From NCBI GenBank assembly GCA_964057225.1, contig OZ059898.1, forward strand, positions 6,138,001 through 6,202,000: a DNA stretch of 64,000 bases, given 5' to 3'. The DNA is from Auanema rhodensis (Eukaryota; Animalia; Nematoda). The translations under genes and the position numbers were made by a program. Position 1 is the first letter of the stretch. The number at the start of each line of letters is the position of its first letter. Positions 50,143 to 62,500 of this stretch are shown in pieces. The notes beneath the pieces were generated by a model that was given only the letters and a program-made list of their open reading frames with translations, made no database searches and was not told the origin of the DNA.

Positions 50143-52250
50143 TCATTCTAATAATCTATGAAGAAATCAAATGTAAATGCAAAAAGACGAGTATGTTAAC
50201 CACTTACGAAACGAAAACATTGGGTTTATAGCAAGCCATTGGTGGGGCATTTTTTGATAATCGTATTGCTTCATATTCTGAAATTTCACATTTGCAACAC
50301 TTGTATCTTGAATATAGTTCAATACCAGGATGTTTTTTTCCCTCAATGTTAGCAGAGGATGTTAATGCTGTTGAGGCTTTGACAAGAACTTCAACAATTC
50401 CGTGATGAACGACGAGCAAAGAGGAAGCGAAGATTTCTGCAGATACGTGATTCGTTTGATAAAACAATATGAAAAAAATATTATTAAAGAAAATTACCTT
50501 TGAGCTCATCAACTCTATTGGGATTTGATATTATAATGCCATTATTAGCCAGCATTTGATGAAAAGTAATATCATATACATTTTCACCTATGAGACATCG
50601 AATTGATTTTTGTAACGGGACAATAAAAGCTCCTTTTTCGATAAGGTTACTGAATATTAGAAAGATAAAAACTATAATTTCTAACAAACACTTACGAAAT
50701 TGGGATATATCTGATACCCATTATATAAAATCCACCTTTATATCCTTTAGAAACTTCAACTCTATATTCACAAAATGGTGGTAATGAATAACTATCACAT
50801 GGCGAGATAATCGGGCCGTCCGAACTAAAGGGAAGAGAAATAAGATATCATGAAATAAAAAAAAACAGTAATTACCGGCTTTCTGTGACATCACAGTCAC
50901 TGGCAGTTGAGTTATTTTTGGAAACCTGAAGAATAAGAACGGTTGTTTTTTTCAAGTAACAATACTTACAGTTGAATTTTCAATCAAGTTAGGCAAATTT
51001 GGACTAGATGAATTACGATTTTCCTCAGGTTTGGCACGGAAAGCTGAAGCCAGTAAGTCATTTAGAGTTGTGGTTTCAGTAATTTTTAAATAAGAGAGGT
51101 CATCATAATTATTAGAAGGTAAAGAATTATATAGTAATCCAGCAAGATCTGATTGTCCTGGAAATAAATACTTGAGAAATAGAAAAAAAACAGAAAAATA
51201 CCGGGAACATATTGACTATATATATCATCAGACCTACGAATTTTTGGTAATCGAACCTTATAATTTCTAAAACCTCGGGCTAAAGCCTCCTGAAGAAACA
51301 TTTAAATAGCAAGAAAATGAAATAATTGCACGTACCTTAACTGACATTTCTTTATCAGACTGTTCAACAAAATGCTTCATAGGATGGTCATCAGGGATGC
51401 TCCCATTATGAATTGGTATACTAGGATCAGTGTCTATTACGGGTTGATTCTGAAGACGTACATAAGATAAGCTAACGAAAAACAGTTAATGCACACCTGT
51501 CCGACTAATTGCTCATACTCAGGAATCAAATCTTTGAATGAACGTCGTCGATTACGACGAAAGAAGGCATCAATAGCGTCAGGGTCGTTAATCGAAGGTA
51601 ATGTTTCTTGTTGCTCCTGAATGAAAAGAAGTTAATATGGGATGTTTGTAAATATTTCTTACCGCTGACAAGGCTGCTTTGAATACCGTTTTCGAGAGTC
51701 CGTGTTTTTGAGAAAAAAGTTGGAGAGCATCGTCGATGGTATTGGCAGGGCTGTTCTCCTCAACTGAAGTTGAAGCTGGTTCAGGAATATCTTCCTCTGC
51801 TACTTCTGATGGTTGCTCTATAGCCTGATCTTCGACAGGTTCCGATGACTGGTGCAATAATTCAACGTTTGTTTCCAATTTCGTTGATTGGACATGCTTT
51901 TGTTGTTTTGACTTAACCTGAACATCTCGAGATCGCTTTTCTGACTTGGATTCCTTTGATCCTTTTGTAGGATTTTTTTCTTCTTTCGATTTCGGCGTAC
52001 TGGAGGTCGAATCTTTCTTAGGTGTTCTAACAGTAGGAGTTGGAGTACGTGTAGTGGAAAGACGTGAGGATGAACCTCTAGACGGTTGCTTCCGAACTGG
52101 TTTGTGAGCCGGAGAAGATTTCCTTTTACGGCTCTGCCGAACATTTTTTGTTTTAGAAGATTTTTTAAGTTGACTCACTTCCTTGGGTTCCTTCAGTTCG
52201 GTAACGGCTATGAGAGCTGCAACTGCAGCTGCTCTTTTCGAAGAGCGCAT
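50143..52250 (-). CDS. Uncharacterised protein with basic/Ser-rich disordered N-terminus (NLS-like RKRK) and a globular C-terminal region; multi-exon
   Basis: Exon 51663-52250 encodes MRSSKRAAAVAALIAV..RQSRKRKSSP... In-phase GT-AG exons follow (EQQETLPSINDPDAIDAFFRRNRRRSFKDLIPEYEQ; PFCEYRVEVSKGYKGGFYIMGIRYIP; YSRYKCCKCEISEYEA). It stops at TGA 50143-50145 if the acceptor at 50156 is used. Confidence 0.7.
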
Positions 52251-53525
52251 ATTGTTGATCTTCCTTTTTCAATCCTATGATGTTGAAATTGTTAGAAATA
52301 AGCGAATATCTACGGGATCAGGTTGTTCAGACTTATATCTGTTTCGTTGAGATCCTAGGCTAACTATCAAAGTTGAATTGAAATATCTGAAGACTATTTA
52401 TGGTAGAGCAAGCTAAAGCGTAAAGGTTAGAAGAGGAGTGTGAGCGCTCCCTCCATATACGTTCTCTAGCTGTCTCTATACTACCATAGCACACACTCTA
52501 TAATATACTCTCTGACGTCTGTTGTCTCTCAGAATAGTTAACTTTCTATTTCTCTCTCTATGTCTTATGCGCTAGAACGCGATGAGACAGACGTAGAGGA
52601 CTATATACAAAGAGAATTTTGATGAGAGACTACGACTGTTGAAGAGCGTACAGAGTGGCAGAGTATTTTCTCCAGAATACACATACGGGTGAGAGCGCAG
52701 AGATGCAGGGGACTAGAGAAAGATGGAGACTGCTACCTGCGAGACACAGCGACTAAGCATATTGATTAGTGAACTAAGAGAGAAATGGAGAGAGATGGAG
52801 GGAACAGCGAGAGAGAGGATGAAAGGGAGAAAGAGAGATACAAAGAGATATCAGAAAGAGAAAGAACGAGAGAAAAGAGTAAAATGTGAATGAGAGGATA
52901 AAACTGCTAGAGAACGAGAAAAAGAAATTTGTCGATACAGAGAGAGGATGTAAGGGAGAGACACAATATATACATATATAATATTCGCAAAACCCGAACA
53001 AAAATAATAGAGGGAGATACTGATATATGGAGGGAAACTCTTCAAATCACAGTTTTTTTTACAGTTTCTGTGGAAACATCTATCGGAAAGAAACATAATA
53101 TTTGGCCTGCCTAAAAGTTAATATAAAATAACAAAACAATACATATATAACAATAAGATTTATTAAGTCCTTGATACAAACTAGATCTGAAATAGAAAGG
53201 TCTACCCGTGAGGACTCTAAAACTAAATACTCGTACAAAATGTTGAGGAATGCTCTCAAAATAAATCTTATAAGATATACAGAAATATTGAAAGAAGTAA
53301 TAGTGTTGCATATTATTGCTTAAATACCCGTTATGGAATCTTAATTGTTAGTAGGTGGCGTTAAGAAAATACAATTTTCTAAAAAGGGAACCAAGTTCTT
53401 AAACATTAGGTCTGAGAAATAATAAATAAATTAAACAACGTTTCACAGCGTGATCACAACCTACGGTTAGTTTAACGATAACTAGAAGAGTTTTGGCACA
53501 AAAAGGAAAGTATCACTATTTCGGT

Positions 53526-56500
53526 CTAATCGAGTATGTTCTCATTGTTCAATCTATTCGTACTTTTGTCAGGTAAAGCTTCTGTTGTTGAAGCACACAT
53601 AGGATCATCATACAATCTAATATCATCTTCTATCACAGTTTTATGTGCTGGAGGTGATGGAGGACCACTGTCTGCCTGGTCATAGATGGCTAAAAAAAAA
53701 CGTTATCTATGGGAGATATTCAATGAACTACCTTTATCATCCTGATCTGCCAACAACGGCCTCTTATGAGATTCAGTTGAGTCTGTGACTTTTCGAGGTC
53801 TCATTGTCATATAGTCATCATCATTCACTAAAGGACTCAATACCGTATCCCCAATGTGCATTCTGCCATTTAATCCTTGCAATCTATAAATTTTAAAATA
53901 ATTGTTTCACTTAATAATAAGAAATATAAATGAAAAATACAATCAAGTTCTCAAAAATCACCTTAACCTTTCCTGTTGCACAGCTGCTCCAATCCTATCA
54001 ACTCCGTCATCCCAATGTGAACCTTCATAGGATGGCAAGCATTGAATAAAATCGCCTATTGGATATCTGAAATATCTTAAAATAAACATAAGATCAAATA
54101 CGAAACACTATACCTGTCATGAGTTAATCCATCGCGATGATTATCTTTATAGGCAGCGCTGCGATGCACATCATGTCTCACTGCAGAGCTTTTTACACTT
54201 CCGCCTTCATCATTAAGATTAACACCCATTCGCCGAAGAGCTTCCAGAGCTTGAGCATCTTGTGCAGCACGAATATCAGACTGAAATATTTGCGATTATG
54301 TACTTACTATATTGACTCTAAAAAATAAAATAGAATAAGTAATAAACAAACATTAAGAAGAGTTTCAGATTCACTGCTATTTCCCCATTTCTTTGGTCCG
54401 ATTAAGGACGGAGAGCGAGAATCACCTTGTGAAGAAGCTATTCGCTCTTGTATTGGGAACGGCCGTACCTATATTAGAATGTAAGCAAACGACACTTTTT
54501 TCTTCTTATACCTGTACTGTTGGTAAACCAGTGAGTTGGGCTTGCTCTAAATTGCTAAGTTTGTTGCCACGGAATACCCTTGGAGGCAGCGGAGGTGGTG
54601 CAGTGGTAGGTTCTGTGGCGCCGCAGACATTGGGATTTCGCATATGATTATTGTAGGACACATGCTCTCCGTATTTCGGATCAGACCTAAGTAATTACAA
54701 TAAAAATTATAAAGAGCAACTGGCGATTTACCTTCTAAGACTAATCCATCGACATAAGCATATTATTCCCAAAACACAGCAGATAATGAGGAAAAATACA
54801 ATTGAAACCCCAATCAATTCTCCCATACTGATATGAAGGAAAAGTTTTGGACCAGTATCATCACAGGGGCCAGGTTTAAAACCTTGAGGACATTTGCATA
54901 GAAAACCTTGAGATGAAATACTCTGTTTTGGAATACTAACACACTCATCATCTCCACATGGCTTGGACCTACAGGCATCTTCAGTGGGAGCTAAATTACC
55001 AGAATAAAAACCAAAAAATATATAGAGGAGAACCTGTTAATCTGGGTCCATCACAATTCTTTCCTGTGTATCCATCTGGGCATTTGCACATGTAGTCATT
55101 GGTGTAAGGAATACATTTAATTGAGTAAGGGCAAGGATCGTCATCGCATGGTCTCTTATCAATCTCACAATATTTCCCATCATAACGTTCAGGACAAATA
55201 CAACTAAAGCTACAAATTACAAAACGAAGAAATAAAAAACTGGTTATACCTTGCAATTTTTCCGGAAGCTACACAAGTAGCACCATTTTTACATTGTGAT
55301 TCGCTACAAGGTGTTGAAGCCAGAGCTTGACAACCCGGTTGAACTCCATAAAGTCGTATGTTATTTCTAGATTTAGCAATGGATCTTCCATCAAGGGAAA
55401 TGGTTCGGAAGCATGCTGCTACTCCATTGACAGATTTATCCGATCCAAACAATGGAAGGTCAATTCGAGCACCGAAGATTATTTTATTAGAGAACGATTG
55501 TATGTTCAATACTTCAGAGCCTGGAACGCTCCAACCTTCTTGTTTTTCAGATCCATCTACCACTAATCGTGTATGTCTCCCATTACGACTAATTCGAATA
55601 CGATGCCATTTCCCATCAGCAACTTGAACATCAGATTTGACTTTTCCCACACCGGAACCACAATCCCAATGATATTCCAGATAACCGTTATGAATATGAA
55701 GTTCGTGAAAATCTTTGACTCCGCTTCCGTAAAGAACAGTACCATTGTGAGATACTGTTCTCACTTCTACAACCAGCTCCATTCTATCTTCTATTTCGGT
55801 TGGTAACAATAGCTCAAAATATCCTGAGCCGTCCATTGATATCTCAGCATCCTCCGAGCACTGAGATTCTTCATCACAATCAAATTGTTCACATTGATCT
55901 CCTTGAGCTCCAGGAGGGCAAATGCACTCGTAACCTCCTGTTGCGTCAGCTACGCACATTTTTTCTGGAGGACATGGAGAATTTGAGCATTGGTTAACTC
56001 TGATGTTACATGTAGCGCCACCGTATCTTTAAAAAAGCAATAACAGCCCAGCTAAAAACAAAATACATACCCTTCAGGACAAGAACATTCCGGAATTCGA
56101 GAATGCTGAGGAGTAACATAGGCTGTTCCTTGGAATGAAAAAACCGACGGATCATCATCAGTTAATTCAATTTTCTCTCGGCATTCACCTGCATCGCAGA
56201 CTCCTGGCATACAAACTTCCGTTATCAATTCTAATTGCTAAAAGAAGAAAAAGATAAAAAGTATATCAAAAAGTTATCTTACAAGTCGGCTAGCATGTTT
56301 CAAATCATCAAATTCACTTTTTAATCGTGAATAAATATGAGTTGGTTTTAAGAGCCCCCTGTCGACGGTACCGTACCCTCTCTGAACAGTGAAAAGAATA
56401 TCTACGTTCTGTGCAGTAGATTTCTTAACTCTTTTCTCTGAAAAAATGTTTGAATTTAAAGTTCAAAGGAAAACAATTTCTACCTCCTTTTTCTTGAATG

Positions 56501-59500
56501 CTCAGAATATTGATATTCTCCGGCGGTACATTAAGGCTATGCGAGAATACTTTAAGGAAATCATTCAAACCATTCTTGAAGAAATCTTCCAAGGAAATAT
56601 TTAAAATTCTAATAGCAACCGCATTTTCAAGAACATCCGAATCAAGCATTGAAACCTAGAAAAATACTCAAATAATAAAATTACATATCGGAATAGTCAA
56701 ACCTCCACTTCCACATAACTAAGCGTATTAAACTTTCCATCAGTAACGCTGACATTAAAACCATGCAGCCCTGGAACAATTCCAGACGCACACCAAATAT
56801 CTCCAGTCTCTTGATCCACCACAAACTCATGATGGGGATTAATAGAACTAGGACCAATTATGCTTCCATCAATAAGTGTATAACGCAACATGTCAGTTTT
56901 ATCCTTAAGGTATGTACTATTCTTATTCTATGTAAAAGTAAAAATATACCTCATCAGTCCCTTTCAATCTGCCAATCGTGCCACCTTTAAACTCTCCTTT
57001 GAGCGTATTTAAATGAACCTTCAAAGGAATAAGCTTAGGAGCATGACGACTCTCCTCCTTGACAAAGATGGTTAGCTGGCACTCTGTTGTTAGTCCACCC
57101 CTATCGCGAGCAACAACTTTGATTTCATATTTGTTTCTCTTCGAATGGCTAAGGGCAGCAGTAGTAACAATTTCATACTCCACCACTTTGAACGTATTAT
57201 TACCGCTTCCAACCAATTGGATGGAAAACGGCTGTCCAAATTCAGGGCCATCCAAATCTTTAATATTGAGCAAATAAACTGAGTGACCAACGAGAACTCC
57301 TTCCTAAAAAGAATTGAAGATTGCAAATATGATAAATGTTATCAACCTGAACTACAGCTGTCATATTACAAGAAGAAAAGTGAGGAGCGTTGTCATTCAG
57401 ATCAATCACATTAATTGTCACTGGTACGGTTGTAGCAAGCCCTCCACCATCTTTGGCATCAACGTTTAGCTCATACTGTTTTGCCTGAATACAGATGGTT
57501 ATAAAACATCTAATAGGTATTCACTAACGCTTTCGTAATCAATGTCCCCAGCTACGATTATATTTCCTTCAGGAGTAATTTCGAAAGGTCCTTTATTACC
57601 AACAATCGAATATTTCACTTTTCCGAAGTGCTCACTGTCTTCATCTGTGGCATGAACTTTCAAGACCAGGGTACCAGTTTGAGAATTTTCCTTCAAATCA
57701 GCGCTGTATTTCTTGTTCGAGAAAATCGGATAGTTATCATTCTCATCCATGACCTAAATATATCATTGCAGGATTGCGCCAGCTTCGTGGGAAAAAACCT
57801 CGATGTTTATGGAAGCCTTGGTGGACAACGGCGGATTTCCAGAGTCTGTTGCTATTACAACGATTTGGAATCCATGGAACTTTTCGTAATCCAGATAATT
57901 AGCTAATGTCAATTTACCTGAACAATAACAATAAGTATCATTAAACGAAACCGATCTACCTGTTTTGGTGTCAAGATTCACATAATCATTATGTTTGCCA
58001 GACTCTAAAGAATAGGAAACACTTTCATTTTGATCTCCTCCGTTAGCAATGGCAGAAACTAAAAATGTATCCAAAGCTTGACTTTCCAACACTTTGACAT
58101 TATATTCCTTCATTTCAAAAACTGGTGGATTATCATTCTGATCAATCACATTTATTTTGACATTAGCTAAAAATAGAACTTGAGTTTAAGAAAATAGGTT
58201 AGGTCAAGGTACCCTTTCCACTTCGTGGTGGATCTCCAGAATCCGAAGCAATAACTGTGAATTGGTAGCTATTTCTTTGTTCGCTATCTAAAGCCCCAGT
58301 GAGAGTGATAACGCCAGTTAGGGAATCAACTAAGATCAATTCTGGTGCATCAACAGATGAATAGCGAATCATTCCATTAGCTCCGAAATCCTATAAAATT
58401 TACTCAATGTAAATAAATAAAACAATCAATTGAACCTCATCAGTCGCTTGAACCGCAATAAGGAACTGCCGCTTTTTCTCGGAAGCAGGAAGATTTTCTT
58501 TTATAGATACCACATATTCTTCTTTGGAGAATATCGGGTTGTTATCGTTGATATCCAGAACGGTGACTTCAACTCTTCGTATGCATTCCATGACAGGGAA
58601 CTTCATATAAGAGCGGAGCAGAAATGAATACTGAAGAAAACAATATTTTCAAACAATGTAAAATAAAGTATTACCTTTGGTTTTTTCTCTCTATCAATAT
58701 CGGCAGATGTAATAATTGTAGTTGACGAATTCCATGTTCGCAGAGAGAACACCATATTATTTTTATCTATGGGCTTAATCTCATGAGAAACGGTTGTATG
58801 ACTTTTATCCTGCCAGATAACTGTACCCATCGGAGAGTTTTCTGTTACATTAAGAAGCAGTAGTTCTTGATCACAATCAGGTATCTTGATGTTTTCGAAA
58901 TCAATCTTAAAATAGTTGCAATAATAACAATTAAAATTATTCGTAAAATACTTTGACAGATGTTGTTGCCGAATGAAGCCCGTCAAATGCCATCACTGTT
59001 AGTTCATACGAATTTTTATGTAGTGGATAATACATAGTAACCATCGTAATCTTTCCTTCAGAATCTATCTTGAAAAGTCCATCCGTATTTCCTTGAGTAA
59101 TAAAGAACTGCGATTTATTGAATGGGAAATCATCTTTGTCCTAAAAATCGAATACATGATGAAGTCTATTCTAAAGAGAATAAAAATAGAATACCTTCAT
59201 ATGAACTCTAGCTATGCTTTGTCCAGGGTTGAGTTTTCTCAAGTCAAGTTTAGCTCGATATTGGGGTTTCGCAAAAACAGGTGGTTCATCATTTACATCA
59301 AGCACCTAGAAAATATATAATTTATAAATATATTCAGAAAACAAAAAACCTCTAATTGGCAGTTTAAATCTACGAAATTATTAGATTCATCAGTAGCCCG
59401 AACAGTAAAACTATGAAGCGAATGCTGCTCACGATCTAGTTTAGCAGCTAGTGTCAACCAACCAGAGTCTTTGTCAACTTTTACAACAGCTTGCGAAGTC

Positions 59501-62500
59501 TGTAAATGAATAATTGAATAATGATAATTTTTTGAAGAACTCACATTTACAATCGAATAATAAACCCGTCCTCCACTAGAATCATCAAGATCAATAGCAG
59601 AAAAAACTGTTAATGTTGTTCCAACAATAGAGTTTTCAAAAGTTTTAAACTTTTTCTCTATGGTTTGGAACACAGGGGGGTTATCATCAAGATCGTTAAC
59701 TTGAACCTATAAAGTGAAACAATTTATGAAAATATCAAAAATATTCTTACAGTTACAGTACACAAACTTGAAGCACTGTTTGGAGCTGTTAACGAAACAA
59801 TAAATTTCCATTCTCGTTTTATTTCCCTGTCCAATGCCCCTCTTACAATCAACTTCCCAGTTTGCTTTTCCAGAAGAAATGGTAATCCTTCTACAGGACT
59901 GGATATAGCAAAACGAGATCCTTTCACACCTAGGAGCAAAATATAAGTTTGGAAACCTCAATATAAACAAACTTGGTTCAAATTGTGTTATTTTTCCAAC
60001 TACAGTTCCAAGTTCACAATTTTCGTCAACATTAAAGATAAAATGACTGCTTCCTAATTTAGGAACATGAACATCATCTCCAACAACGTTAATGACAACC
60101 TAAAAAAACGATTTTTCGTTTTACGTTAAATCGAAACTCACTTCAGCTGTTGAATGGTGAGGAGGATTTGCTGAATCAGTGGCTTTGACAGTAAACATAA
60201 TGCTTGAACCAGCATCTAGTAGACGTCGTCCAATGCTGATTAAGCCTTGTCGTGAATGTATGTTGAAATGTGGAGTTACATCATCATCAGCAAGAATCGA
60301 GTATTCTAAAACATCATCTGCATCTTCGTCGGTTGCTGATACAAGTAGAATTGGATCTCCTTCTTTCGCTGATGTGGAGACGGAACAAGTATATCTATAA
60401 TTATAAGACAACTTATGAAAATAGAAAGTTTTCAAATGAATACTTTTTCACGACAAAATTTGGTGGTTTATCGTTTTCATCTATAACAGATAATGCTAAT
60501 GTCGAAAATCCTTTTCGCTTAATGCTGTCTTCCACAACTAGAGGCACACTGAAATAATAAAATTATTCCGATCTTATAAAGTATTGAAATTACTTGTAGT
60601 ATGACTGATTCAAGAATTGTACACGAGTTTTTTGAAAAATTTTTCCCGAATTCGGTTCAACAGAGATGGGCCAGCTATCACCATCCTCCACGCGGAAACG
60701 TAATGGTGGACTTCCTCCGATAGCTTCTACTTTCATTAAAGCTAAGTTATCACTAATATCCCTATTGTGAAAATTATAATACAGAAGCAAAAAACACTAT
60801 TTTTACCTGTTTTCCATTATTTGAAGAACATATTGTGTTTGCTCAAATCTCGGTGCTGGAGTTCGTTGACTGGATAATGTTATTCTAATATTAATTTTTG
60901 CATAGACAGTGAATATTCCGTCTGATACAGAAACATTGAGCGTCTTTTTAGAATGAAGAATATCTTCTTCATCTAAAGTTCGAGTCAAAATTATTTCGCC
61001 ATTGGTCTCATCGATGGAAAATAGAGACTCGTCGCCGTCGATAATAGAAAAGAAATAACGATAACCAGAAGATAATGATGACACAGTATCCTATAATAAT
61101 TATTAAACTATAATATGTAGCTGTTAATAAAGTACTTCATCTGAGACTTTCATAATAGTGACAAGTTGTCCTGGAGAAAAAGCGTCAGATATTTCAAGCT
61201 CCTGCTCCGGAAGGACAAAAACGGGTGAAACATCGTTTACGTCAATTACCTTAATATTCTAGTTGGAAAAAAACGGATATTAAATATCTTACATGAATAA
61301 TTAGCTTAGCTTCCGCAGTGGTATCAGTAGCTGTAATGGCAATTACTGACAGCACAATTTCTTTTTTGGTTTCATAATCCAAAGGTTCAACCAAATAAAC
61401 AAGCCCAGAAGTGCTTTCGATTCGAATAACTGTAACAATATATATGAAAATCTCACATTAATGATACAACAAACCTGAAGCTTGAGCACCAGATAATGAA
61501 TATTTCACCGTATTATTGGTAGGCAATATTTCTAACTGAAGAAGCTGCGCGCCAGGACTCGTAGATTCAGTAACATTTACATGATAAACTGATTTTTCAA
61601 ACTCAACTACACTCTCCTTGTCCATTGAAATCTAGGTGATTTATAATTTCAGTTCTAAAAATTAAAATTACCTCCAAGACTACTTTCGTTCTAGAACGAG
61701 CATCAGGTTGTAGAGCATCACTTGCTTCAACAATGAGCTCATATTTGGAAGATAAAGCAAGATTAATCCGACGTGCCAAAATGATATCTCCAGTATTAAT
61801 ATCAATAGAAAACATTTGTTCATCATTTCCTTTTACAATAGTATAAACCACATGTCCATCAGGATTATTAATGGCTTTTACCGAGGTTATCTAATATTCA
61901 ATTTACAATTGTTAACCAATATATTAACTGATACCTTCTCTTTAACATCCATTCCAGACGATATTTGGCTATGATATTCTTTATTAGTGAAGAAGGGAAC
62001 CATTCTATCCAAAACAGTGACTTTTACTTCAACTGTTGTACTCTGTGGAGGCGTGCCTAAATTATTACAAAATTCAATTCGACACAAATATCATGATATC
62101 GTACCTTGATCCGTTGCTGTTACGGTGAATTGATAAACATCCGTTGTGATCAATTGAGAAGCTACAGTAATCTGTCCATTCTGCTTGTCCAGCTTGAAAA
62201 TAGTTGGAATGTTCGAACTAGAATAGGTGATGACAGCATTATCACCTATAAGACTTCATATTTAACAAAAAATTGAAATTAGAATAAAACTACCATAATC
62301 ATCATCGACTGCTTTTACAGTTAAAATAGAGTGGTCAATTTTCATGTTTGTGCTGGTGACTACGTCGTATGGTTGTGACAAAAAGCGTGGAACACAATCA
62401 TTTTCATCAAGAACTTTTATATCAACTACACATTGGGTATACACAGGAGGGATCGAATGAGCATGAACCTAAATCAATTATTCAATTTAACTAAACAAAA

